This document shows positions 38,099-50,008 of a DNA stretch of 64,000 nt, piece after piece (the first letter of the stretch is position 1; each line of letters starts with the position of its first letter). The translations under genes and the position numbers were made by a program. Where the stretch lies: NCBI GenBank assembly GCA_051294905.1, contig CM119373.1:26288001-26352000 (forward strand), given 5' to 3'. The stretch is from Botryllus schlosseri. Taxonomy: Eukaryota. A model generated the notes under the pieces. The model ran no database searches, had not been told where the DNA came from, and was given only the letters and a program-made list of their open reading frames with translations.

Positions 38099-38941
38099 TG
38101 AGTTATAAAAAAAAATTGTGTATTTCTGAAGATTGGTGTTCGTACAACTTAATTTCGATATCACGAGACTTCTAGCGCTCTGCACCAGGGGATTTCCCTG
38201 GTAGCCTACGGCTCTGACTATGGCTATGAAGTATTGCTTGTTATTCCAGTTGAAATTGAGGGTTTTGATCGATTTTAGCAGCCTTGTTATTGTTTAAATT
38301 GATATTATTATATTTGGAAGCAAGTTTAGCGACGCATATCAGAAGAATGGTTTGTTGCGTCATGACTGCGTACAGCAGCTGTGCGAATCAAGACATTCAG
38401 CAGAGGTAATATATTACCAATAATTAATATGTGGTACGGCGAAGGATAGTTCGAAGTCAAGTACGGCAGCTCTCAACTGGCACCTATCATTAGCGTACAT
38501 GCCATACTCATGAGAACGTATTTCGCAGCTTCTTTAAGTACGCGGCACAGTTAGGGGAATCGCAGCACCCTATCTTGTTACGGTGACAATTTACACGACA
38601 GTGTCCTGTCTGTAAGCTTAGAAGTGTTTTTCGCAGGGTGCGAGGCAGTTATAGGGAAAAGTCCTGTATAGTTATCTTGGCAGCGACGGTTTCTTGGTAA
38701 CGTTGGGGGCAGATTTCCCAGTAAAGTCTTGAAGTCGGGGAGTTGACTTCGTTAGACTATGTTCTACACTTTGATCATTAAATTCATAGGGCGGCTCCTC
38801 CTACGCGAGTAGGTCGGCGACTGAATCATCATGTATGTCAGAGTGTGATGGAATCCATATAAATGAAATGACTGTATTACTATCGTGCAAGAGAAGGTGG
38901 CTCACTTCCAGTAGGCTATTTAACTGAATATTATATTAATC

Positions 38942-39078
38942 TTGAAATGAGCACGAATATTTTCTGCTAAAACTCGTCAGGGGTAATTGTCAGCATATAG
39001 TAGAGAAAATAGGAAAGAACATTGTATATCAACAACCGTATCACCAAATATGACCTCGCCAGCACGAAATTTCGAATG
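38942..39078. repeat. Single non-palindromic copy of the 7634-8022 inverted-repeat arm
   Basis: CTCGTCAGGGGTAAT.GTCAGCA...GGAAAGAACATTGTATATCAACAA.CGTATCAC.AAATATGAC.TC.CCAGCA.GAAATTTCGAATGA is shared. Confidence 0.85.
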
Positions 39079-39412
39079 ACCGGGGCGCAGAGAGGTAGAC
39101 GAAATCTTTTTGTTGGCACAAACTTGGTTGCGGTATTTGACAAAAGTCGACTGCAAGGCATACAAATGAAAGCGTGAACGGCCTCTCCATGCGACGCGAA
39201 ATCTGTCGTCTCGATAATTTTTCGCACGAACAAGATTATATCCTACGACTGTTTGCCAATGGAAGAAATCATGGCCTTCTAGGTACTGATACAATCTTCA
39301 GGGTGATATTTTCAGTCAAGGGTGATATTTTCCTCGAGCGTGATGCGAGTGTTCTAATAGGGACATGCTGTTCTAATAGGGACATGCTGTTCTATGCGTC
39401 TACCATCTAGTA

Positions 39413-39600
39413 CAGTGGTTCTCAATCTTTTTGTCTTCGCGGACCACTTTTGGATCGTCACGGACCCCCGCGGACTCCCAGTTCTATTTAACAGTTAGGC
39501 CAATTATCATGCCACCGTCATCTGTATTGTGCAGATATCAACTGCAGGCTAGTGATAAACAGCAGCAAAATGACTTTCCATGAAAATAACATCATGTAGA
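39413..39600 (+). mobile_element. Left part of a Charlie-like MITE (sister of 56672)
   Basis: CAGTGGTTCTCAATCTTTTTGTCTTCGCGGACC preceded by ATCTAGTA; right end not found. Confidence 0.65.
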
Positions 39601-42600
39601 GATCGGGAGGACTTTTAATATTTCAAGGCGAATTTTGTGTTGCTGCGTCTCTTGAAATACGTGATCGTGTCGTGAAATTCGCATATGATACGAACGAGTG
39701 ACGAAAATCCATTTCTACAAAGATACGTGGTGGCGAATGTAATAATACCGCGGATCGCTTCCGACGACTCCTTTGGGTAGGGTTAGCGTATGTCCTCCTC
39801 TATGAAGATTTGCACTCCATTCCCCCAAAATCGAAATGTCCTCCAAGGACGCCTAAATGCCCTCCTTGTTGGGACTTCGTCCTCCTCTATATAGCTTAGA
39901 CCACCAGCTCACCGGACAAGTACAACTAAAATAACGCCATCAATGATGCACAATGTTAATATTTAAGCGGGTATCTCGGGAGTAGAACTGGAAAATGACC
40001 CTAGTCAACTCAAGAGGATTTTCAATAAAGTTTTTTAGAATCAGCAGATTTCTAGTCCGGTAATTCAACTTTTATGATTTTTAAAAAGTGTTCTCCATTC
40101 TGGGAGCTAAAATCTGGTAGCCCTACCTTTGGGTATGATCGCAACATACACGGCACCAAATTGAGATGCAGATTTTACTGAACATATATCGCCAAGTCCC
40201 GTCATTACCATCTCGCACCGTATATGGAAGTTATTGTGGAATAGCATTTATGTATATTGTATATAACAGGATAAAATGGGTTTTTGCATGAAGTTTCTGT
40301 ACCTGCGTCCGCCTGAATTACGGTGTACACGAAACACAATAAAACCATTGCGGATTATTGATCCAGGTATAACATTGTAGATTGTTTGTCCTATCCGAAT
40401 AAGCGAGTATCTCGTCGGCAAAGTGTAGTTTTGGTGGAATGCGAAATTGCCCATGAAGTAGCCTACTGCTTGTTATTCAAGTTGGTGTTGTGACCGCTAT
40501 AAAATCAGTTTTAGCTTCCTTGCGGAAACGTAAGTCTGAACAAAGGTTTACACCTTTTTAGTAATCAGTTTATCCAGTTTAGAGCTGGGCCAAGAAACAT
40601 TTTAATATTGGAAAAGGAGCCTCGTCCATAAAAGGTCGGAAACCACCGGATGTGCAACGTGCTTGTGCGGAACGGCATTTCGGCTCATAAGTAGTCCTAT
40701 TCCTTACGGCATCCGCCTCGTGAAGAAATCTGTTGCAGAGCAAATGAGTATATACCAACCCTAGCAAGCACCAGAGCTCACACTAGAGATGGTCCAATTC
40801 AGGACCTGTGTTCCACTCCTGTATACAGTCGACAGGGGAAGCTTCGCTCGTATGACGTCATATTGACAAACATTGTGTTCATGCCTTATTCTAAAACCCG
40901 CTAGAAAGCGCTAAAGAGTGTCCGTAATTTGATCCACAAAATATGGTAACACTAGCCTCGATCAATATGCGTTGAAACTTGGATAATACCGAAACTTATG
41001 CGGCTGAGATATGGTCCAGGCAGTGATGTTAGATTGTATTAGAATAACAACATATGTCGTTTCTTGATGCGGCGCGAGAACTGAAGCTATGCAAGTGTCC
41101 ATCAGAAAAGGCAGCGTACAGGCTAACTAAACCGATGACAACAGATAAATGAGCTTTCCATCATCAATATTTAAAACAGCTGGCATATATACTCCCGAGA
41201 TCAACTACTGCAACACAGATGAGGAGTGCCACAAAAGTTTTCACGTCTGCTGCAGCGATTGACGTATAGAAATTCGCATGCAAGTGAACTGACGCGACTT
41301 GTCACACACTCGTTCTTTCTGCTCCCCAATTCTTCTCGTCCCTCTTCACTCTCGCGTCGCGTTCGTTCCAGGAGACAAACAGTCGGACGCGTTTATGGAT
41401 TGTGTCTTTCCGGAAAGCGCACCACGAATATCAATGACGCATTACATTGCACGCCATCTGCGGTAACCAATCCGGCATGAGCGCGGTACTGGTGCAACAT
41501 ATCATAAATCCCTTTCAGGTAATTCTCCGACCTGAGCTGCGGAAGCAATCGAAAACATCAAGTGAACGCTTTGTGTTAGCTAGACTGCTAGTGTAACGGG
41601 GTTGCAGGGCAAATGCTGGTAATTTGTAAGTTGAGCGGAGTCCACACTACTATATTCACTCGCGACGGCACTCGCGGTGAATAAGTTAACTCAGTACGTC
41701 TTTCTCGAGAGCGAAATACTGCTTCGGTCGTGTACTTACAAAGCTTCAACGTTTGGGATAGCGCATTTGATTTATTTTTGACATTATTCGAAAAGATGTT
41801 TTGCCGTACAACATATGTTAACCTATCGGATGATATGGTAGAAGTTGAAAATAAGAATAAATGCTATATGCACACTGCACTGGGACATGCAGTCCAGAGC
41901 ATTGCTGACAGCTATTTCTAGAGACAATACCTTTTTTGGCAGTGGCAATGACAGTGACAGTATTAAAATAAAATGAACGCATATTTCAGCAGTCAAATGC
42001 GGTATCAGAGTGATTGTTTTATCTGATATAGGCTAGTTGTGGAGAGCTTTGTAGGGCACATCAGCTGCTTGATGGACGAAGTCACCGTGATGATAAAATA
42101 GAAAAATCGTCGTAACAATATCCAGTAGTAGCCATGGCACTTTCATATCAAGCATGGGTTAAGTACCAGTGATAGTTTAGTCATCAGATTTTGTAATCTC
42201 CTCGTCCATCATTGCGTCGTTATCGTTTGTGTTCTAATCTAAGCATATGGATACTTGCGGTTGCTCGAGTCAAGACTAACACCTGTCTGAATATCATGAA
42301 ATTCGTTTTTGTTATCGCGAATGTCATAAAGCTCTATATGATTACTCGGTCCAGACGCGGCGGTTGTCTCCGAACAACTGATCCGTATTTCAAAATATTT
42401 TTTCTCGGCTGTCACGTAATACTGTTGTGCGACAAGATTCACTAGCGAAGCCGCGACTGAAACGCATAGGAGGCGGCCTCGCGTGCACTAGCGACCTCGC
42501 TAGCCAGGGAGTGAAGAAAAGAAAGCGACGAAGACGCGAATGAATTTCGATACTATGTTGTCACCGCACTGCCGATTTCTCAGTCGATAAAAACTTCATA

Positions 42601-42644
42601 CCGTAAGACTGAATACGTGAGTAGGGTAATGGGCAGCTATGGTT

Positions 42645-42789
42645 TGTTTGTTTGTTTTTGATATTCATGGTGTTTCGACTACTTTGGTCATGTTACACTA
42701 GGCCGAAATTCTTTATTATTGATTCCTTATTTACCGACTTGAAGAACTGGCCACTTCTAGACACCGCTTACTCGTATCACGTGGCGAGC
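42645..42789 (-). mobile_element. Short 5'-truncated non-LTR/SINE insertion with (AAAC)n tail
   Basis: 13-bp direct repeat GGCAGCTATGGTT at 42632-42644 and 42790-42802 flanks a segment beginning with a (GTTT)n run. Confidence 0.7.
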
Positions 42790-45219
42790 GGCAGCTATGG
42801 TTGATCGACAGGCAGATAAAAGTGAGAAAGAGATAGTAATTTTTGATAATTGTTACACAAACACATTTATGGTGTAGTTGGTAGCTACTGTATCGCTGCA
42901 ATCGATAACAAATACGATAACCGCAAAATCGAGCGGTGTTCGATTGAGATTATATGAAAAACGATATCATTTTATAAATTATTGACGATTGTATTCACTT
43001 TGCTTCCTTGAATTTCAGCCCAGCGCCTACTCGGAGACAATATACCCATTGTAACGATTTAATGGGGCTACGTCATAAGAGAACAGATTTTTTTTGGAAA
43101 TTGCGACTATAATATCTTATTGCGTCACCATATCGATCACGATTTGTCGGCTTCACAACCATTTGTCCTTCTAGCTACGACCTATGCTTACGTGATCTAT
43201 AAAGTGGGTAACGGAAGACGGATTGAAATCTGGATGAACCAATGCTGAAATAAAGATGTTGCCATGCACCTTCAAGTACCGCCATCAAAGATAAGACAAA
43301 ATCATTTTTCTGATTCAAACTTTTTGTCAGCAGGTTTTTAGCCAAAGGTATATTTTTCAGCCGCTACGTAACAAAAGGTCAATGACTGTAGCCAGCAATG
43401 GTATTCGGTTCGCTAATCTGAAAACATTTCGCGAGACGGTTCGATACAACTCGTGCGAACCTGCTAAAACTTACCAGTGTACAAAATGAACACGCAATTC
43501 TGTCAATACACTTGTACCTGCATTCCACATAATAGGCCTACGGATATTGTGAGCCGCCGTCACGAACATCTCGAAAGAACTGCTCGTTTAAATTGGCGAC
43601 TTACGTCATCCTTATGATATTTTATTTGAATACAAAATTTTCAAAATTTTGGAAAGCATATCGTACGTCTCTTCTTTGGTGCTTCATGCCCCCACGGAAT
43701 ACATGCACCGATAGTACAAAAACTGCAGTAGACCGAAATAACTGCTCCCAAGAGTAACGTCTGAGGTCGCTACCTGATAATATACGATAGCCGCTAGTTG
43801 CTATGACATTGCATATTTACGGTGGTCGATCTCGACTTTAGTACACACTAAATACTATTACGCACGAACAAGAAGGAAACTGGTGTAACTTAAATATGAA
43901 TTTAAAGGGTCGATTTGCAGATGCTCTGTACTTTTCCCGCTGTTTGATAGTCGGTACAATGTGTTGCATTTAGCTACTGCAGAGATGAAAACAGCGGAAA
44001 GAATAAGAACTGGCGTCGATTATTATTATCACCAACGCCTGTTTCCGCTACACGACAGTAGGCTATCGGTTATCGAAAGGAAATCACATATGCAGGTCAC
44101 ACATTCGAAATTAGATTACAGGCTGTGTCTGTATGTTAGCTTCTACGTCGCCATTCGGTTTTTCCCTAGTGGGGATCCAAATCCAGGCATCACATTGTAC
44201 ATTGTGTGTATTGAGCGTATGTCTGGTTGGCACAGTAGTGTATTTTCGCAGGGAATTTCGTTGAATATTTCTTTACATTCGGAATAGACCGATTTGATGG
44301 CTCTCACGGTGACAGGTTATGAGATTGGGTTGCCGGAATGTTATTTACATATTACGTGGTACAGTTGTTGAGTAAAGGACGCTCCTTTGCAATGTGTCTT
44401 GTAATTTTCGACAATTCTGCGCCCACTCACCAACTCACTGCGCAGACCTTGAGACAACAGGGCGTAACGACTAAAAATGGTCATCACTTCGGATTTTTTG
44501 TGCGCAACTTATATTTTCTGTTCGCAGAGACCGTGTCAGCACTGCACATTTGCGCACGTCCGCAGCTTAGAGAGAACATTGCAGTCCTGTGTGTTAGGGC
44601 CAGTATCCCACTCAATCATCGCGGTTCAGCAGTTTCTGTAAGGATCGTCACCCCCTAGTACCTACACCTAGATTTCGCTTATGTTGTAATATTACATACC
44701 GTGGTTGTGTCATGTGCTCCTAGTCATTTGCATGTAAAGAATGGACATGTTGAAATCACTCGTATTCGATATAAGATTGAGTTGAGAAATTCAGACACTA
44801 TACGCGTTATTTAACATTGTCATCTTCTGAAGATTCGCGCTATTGCAAATTTTTGCGTTATCCCGCCACACTATAGCGGATTTCGCTGGTAGCGTATAGG
44901 TACGCATCAACCGAATGGCGATGACGTATTGCGTTTACTCCAATGCAACACCGTGGACGAAGTATTGCTTGTTACTCAGGTTGAAGATGTGACTGACTTA
45001 CATTGAAATAGACAGGGCCTAGGCCTGATACGTTGATGGTCAGTTTGATGAGGACGAGATGCGACCTAGAATATCAGTGAGGCGTACCGTCGGTGGATTT
45101 TGAAAGCTCTGCTTCTACTCGTTCTTGAAGAGTTATTGCGTCACCACTTCTATTTCTACATGAGTAGCTTTCTTGATTACAGACATTATTCCCTACTAGT
45201 AGCCTAATTATATGTTAAC

Positions 45220-45593
45220 ATGAAGCTACGTAACCTGTGTCCATCGGCTATACGCTTCTCCCAAGATACAATCTCTTCGACATTCCGCGGCGGCGAGCAC
45301 GTAACCACGGTTGCAAACGACCTGCTGTGTGGCCTCCTTTGCGTAGAGGACTTTTCCACGATGGAGGTGTTTCGGGATGAACGGGATCGCAACTATTACA
45401 CGCGAAACAACCGCATGTTGCATGTTTTCCGGGAGGCCGAATGCCAAGGATGTATCGTCAGCATTCCAGTGTTTGAGGACCGGAAACGCCCAAGCGATAA
45501 CAAAAAGTTCACCACGAAAAACAACGGAACTACCGTACGCGTCCGCAATGGCGCTATAAAGCTGTATCATTTCGACTACAACAAGAGGTATTG
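45220..45593 (+). CDS. ParB/sulfiredoxin-like domain; predicted exon 1 of a ParB-like-RNase H fusion (125 aa if unspliced, stop at 45595-45597)
   Basis: Intact ORF with PSAIRFSQDTISSTF, MEVF, YYTRNNRMLHVF and KFTTKNNGTTVRVR motifs of a ParB/Srx-like family; ends TG|GTGAAT, a donor-like site conserved in copy A. Confidence 0.78.
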
Positions 45594-45679
45594 GTGAATT
45601 ACATGAGTTGAAGTTCAACATAGTATTAGTGATCGAATCATTACCATATATCTAAATAATATAAAGGCCCAGGTGGCTG

Positions 45680-45785
45680 ACTGATCTCAAAGACTACTCC
45701 AAGCCGCCTCGGCACCTTCCGCATTGTATCGAAGTCTTGTGATGTTTTAAAATGGTGTAATTTAATGAATAAACTTGTACTTGAA
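45680..45785 (+). mobile_element. L2-like LINE/SINE 3' terminus
   Basis: Reverse-complement similarity to 6160-6255 (GATC...AAGACTACTCCAAG...CATTGTATCG.AGTCTTGTGATGTTTT), ending in AATAAAC. Confidence 0.6.
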
Positions 45786-45801
45786 CTTGATTCGTGCCCA
45801 T

Positions 45802-46387
45802 TAGGGTTGTTGAAAAATGTAGTTTTTCCCGGATCCCGGGTATTCTCTGATTAAACTGTTAGCTTGCCTAAAAAGACTGCAAACCAAATTTGGCTTAATT
45901 CCAAACAGCAGAATCCACCGCAGAGCCATTTTTTTTTAATTTATTCGAAAAAAATGACTAATAATTTTCAAATTTTACTGTCCGCCCCATGAAATTGTAA
46001 AGTTGTCTTTAAAAACGATACAAAAGAAATTTGTCGCAATTCCAACCCGTAGATGCGACGTTATTTAAGTTTTTCATCAATTATTCTGAGATTACCCACC
46101 AACGATGCTATTTTTGCAAATCCAAAACTTTCAACTGCAATAACGTCGCTTTTACCGGTTTGAAGTGAGAAAAAATAGCATCGTTCTTTTAGGCAACATA
46201 ACAATTTCATGGATTGACAGTAACATATCATATTTGTTTAATTTTAAAAATAAACTTAAAATTTCGATTGGCTCTGCGGCGGTTTGCACTTGTTGGAATT
46301 GTGCCAAATTTGGTTTGCAGCGTTTTTTAAGCAACATTACAATTGCATAAGTGAATTCCCGGAATCCTAATTTTTTTAACAACCCTA
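45802..46387. mobile_element. hAT-type MITE
   Basis: TIRs TAGGGTTGTT.AAAAA / TTTTTAACAACCCTA, TSD GTGCCCAT/ATGCTCAT (6/8). Confidence 0.75.
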
Positions 46388-48447
46388 ATGCTCATGCACA
46401 CCAAGTTAGATCAAAGCGACTAAAACCTGTCTCGCCAAATTAGTCTTTCGAATCGAATCGTGAATTTCGCAGATGTGGTCGCTAACGAAGTTCTTCTACT
46501 TTCGCCGCGTACTCAGGTAGTTGTAGGTTATGTACACTATTCTTGCTCGTGTAGTTATACTTTTGGGCTATACTTCTAACTTTTTAAAGTTTTTTTTTTT
46601 AGTCAAATCCACATACTTTTTATGGTTTAGCGTTTGATATGTTCCCGTCGATTTTACGACTGAAATTTTCGTATAGATCGGGCATGACCGGACAATATAT
46701 TATGTGGAACACGATAACTGAATATATTTTCGAAAATTCGACCTGCTAGTGGTGTCATTAGTTGCATTTATAATTTTTATTGAATTATCAGGGTATGAGA
46801 TACTCTAAAGGTTCCGTTGTTTAACCTAATTCCTGCAGAGCTGTCAAATTTGTTACTTTACCATTTAACGGCATTTATTCACGGCACACAGCAAGACAAT
46901 TACACAATGCGATAATAACTTCACAGCCAAACAGCATAGCGATAGCCCCGCCCTACCCCTAAAACAAGTAAAATAACACGCCCCTAACCCCCTAGATTTT
47001 CAAACGTCACCCAATGCATTACAGAAAAACTCACTCTCGGCGACTTTAACAGAATCAATAGCCTGAAAAAGGTGACCAAATAAAAATGTAACTTTAGGCG
47101 GTCTCGCCTGAGCGTTCTCAAATTTAAACGACGGAATTAATAAATCGATCTATTTACATATTGCTCTGGCACGGTGGTGCTTGGCAGGGGTAGTTTAACT
47201 TGGTGCTTGGAAGCCATTGTGTCATAGATAACAGTGACATGCAGCTAACACATCAGATAGCTTTTTGTTATGCCAATTAAAGTGAATAGAATCATACCAG
47301 AAATCGTTTATAGCATATTTTTGAATCACTTCTTTACGTTTTTACGCAATATTTGATAAAATTTGCAGTAAAAATTGGCATGATAAATAAAGAAATGTTG
47401 CAAAAAGTTGCACTATAAAATCCCTCCAAACATCATAAAACATCATAGTTCATAGATTCTGAGTATCTAGGAAGCTGTTGGAAGCTGTAAAAAAGTTGCA
47501 AAAGTTGCAAAAACGTTCCCTAGTCATTATCGATATTGTGCATCAGTCTTGGAGCTGCAATGCCTTACTAAAACATAGTCAAGTCAGACTAACTCCTAAA
47601 TGTATCGGTGACCTTGACCATACATCTACCCTTTTCCACCACATACTTAACTACTTTTCAGACGGATAAATTCTATCTATACTTGAAGTATTTTTTCCCG
47701 ATACTTCTACTCGTAATTGAGTGAAAATTGTCGACAGTTCTTCTCCGAGAGAACGAGGTGTGATTACTTCGACTCACTCTGTAATGTCGAATACGGATTC
47801 CGGTGATACGAATGCCGATTCGGATAAACCACGGTGCGATTAAACTAAATTGCTGTCCGACTCATCATCAAGTGACATCAATCAACAATGCGTTGGGTAT
47901 TTAATGATGTCGTTCGATGAGATGTGTCTTATATAGACCCCTTGCAGCAGCTAGCGCAAAACCCGATCGAATTATATATCGGTCGGTAACGTTACATTAT
48001 TTTCGATTACCTGGATGGATTCAATCTGTATCAATGCATAAATGTTGACTTGGGCTCAAACTTCGAATGGCCAAGGTTCCCTTTTACTCATCCCTAATTA
48101 TAGGATTCTGATTTGAAAATGTCTGCTGGACTTCAACTTCCAAATTTTGCGGATCGGTTTGGTCGCAAAAACATCCTACGAAACTGTCATTCCATGAGAT
48201 GTATATGAGTGTTTATTTACGCTATTACCATGCGTGGGTGCAACCCATTCGGACATGATTTGTAACATTCAGGGTAAGATCGGTGTAATTATAGATCCAA
48301 ATCCGAACCCGAAATTGATTTGAGATCCAAATCCAAGCCCATGTCTTGTCTAGTATAGCGACTTAAAGTCATTAAAAGTCAATTTAATGAGTATATGACC
48401 TGGTTCTCACTCAGTGTCGGAGTCATGGTACGAAATAGCCGATATAC

Positions 48448-49361
48448 CAGGGGTGGGCAGATCTGCTTCATGCGCGTGCCACAACACGAAAATGCAAGAA
48501 TGCGAGTGTATTACGTCACAATAAAATGTAGGCTATCGAATGGAGTTTATTATTGTGTGTTGATACCTGGGCTGCAAGGTGTTTGAAATCAGGCTGATAT
48601 GACTCGAAAGCAGCGCGGAGCAGTTCCTTCAAGTGCTGATGAGCATTTAGGGAAGATTTCAGCTCAGTAATCTTATTACTCCGTAAATCTGTGTTCGTTG
48701 GGTAACTTGTGTTCATTGGGTAACTCGCGAAAACGTTTTGGTGTTTGGTTTCGTAATGACGTTTCAAGTTACTAGACTTGAAATTATTGAGAGAATCTTG
48801 ACAGATAAGGCACATTAGCTTACCCCCATTATCACTGAATGCAGACTGTTCCTCCCATTCTCTTTTAAAAGTTCTATTTTCCTGTTCATGTTTTCTTTTC
48901 TTGTAAATGTCGCTGAACGACATTTCCCTGCAGTTATTGCTAGCCTTTACAATACAAATGAAAGAGCATTATTCGCCATTGTTTGCCCGGAATTGTTTGT
49001 GTCCTGCGCTACCATAATGAATTATTATCAAGTTCATTGTTGATTACGATGATTTTTCGTTGACTGATGAGTGACGGCTATGCACAATTGTTGTGGGTGA
49101 AACGTTTATGTGAATTCGATACGAGAATTCAATCACAAAGTTCTAACCATATAGTGCAACCGTCGACTAAATTTTACAAGTGTTATGTCAGCCATAAGGA
49201 GAGAAACAACACCCAAGCGATACGCATATTGTTATACGTAATAGAATGCATCAATTTATAATCATGTTGAACGTTTCTAGCAAAATAGCGAAAGACATGT
49301 GTAGTAGTGTACATTGTACATGTACAATCTTTTAAAGAGCCGCAGTTTGCCCACCCCTAAG
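48448..49361 (-). mobile_element. Internally deleted hAT (GTF2IRD2/SPIN-like) element, ORF 48516-48923
   Basis: Termini CAGGGGTGGGCA / TTGCCCACCCCT, perfect TSD CGATATAC; ORF has N-terminal KRKHEQENRTFKREWEE...CLIC...NLKRHYETKH joined in frame to the C-terminal LRAAFESYQPDFKHL. Confidence 0.9.
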
Positions 49362-49419
49362 CGATATACTGTACAATAGGCTATTTTCTCTTAATACCTC
49401 CGTCCAATACTTTTTTCAG

Positions 49420-50008
49420 GGATCTCAGCAACGATAGCTACCAATACCCAGTCTTTGCAGCGTGGATGGGCCCTCCCCTCCAAGTGGACTGCAGCCTTGA
49501 ACACATCTCCCGCCGACGACGAGATATTTTTCAGGATTATGTTTTGGACATACACGATCGTTCCAAAGCAATCTACACTGACGGCTCCAGGCTCTCATAC
49601 GGCACTGGCATAGCAATGTACGTCCCTGACGACGGAATTATTATCAACCAGCGATGCTCGGATCCATTCAAATCCAGCAGCGATCTAGAACTGCTGGCCA
49701 AAAAATTGGCCTTGAAGTATATAGTGGAGCACGGTGATGCCTGCAATTACACTATTCTTTCGGATTGCCTGAGTTGCGTTAAGGTTATCGGTAACTCTAG
49801 GCCGCAATCGCGTCAACACAAAATCCTGCGTGATATATTTTCGTTACTTGATCGAGCCAGCAACCTCGGCGTGAGTATCAAATTCGTCTGGATACCAGGG
49901 CATGCGGGAATTGCGGGAAATGTAATTGCAGACAAATATGCAAAAGAGGCGGCAAGCGATGAATCGTTTGGTCCGGACCCGATCTGGACCATCGAGTATG
50001 AAAACTAG
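49420..50008 (+). CDS. RNase H domain (I-group LINE type); predicted exon 2 of the ParB-like-RNase H fusion
   Basis: Acceptor CAATACTTTTTTCAG|G; 195 open codons; D (YTDGS), E (DLELLA), D (ILSDCLS), H (WIPGHAG) and D (GNVIADK) all retained; splice phase matches 45593. Confidence 0.75.

Noticed and set aside
45220-45597. Bacterial contamination or a plasmid partition (parAB) locus
   Set aside because: No parA or operon context; flanks are eukaryotic TEs with splice signals, and a colinear decayed paralog exists in the same contig.
45226-45621. 131-aa minus-strand ORF opposite the ParB-like ORF (and 30592-30933 in copy A)
   Set aside because: Family motifs and A/B conservation are in the plus frame; treated as antisense shadows.
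48290-48430. Extra coding exon between the ParB and RNase H exons
   Set aside because: Acceptor-like AG exists in both copies, but the frames I tested hit stops and none joined both neighbours in phase.
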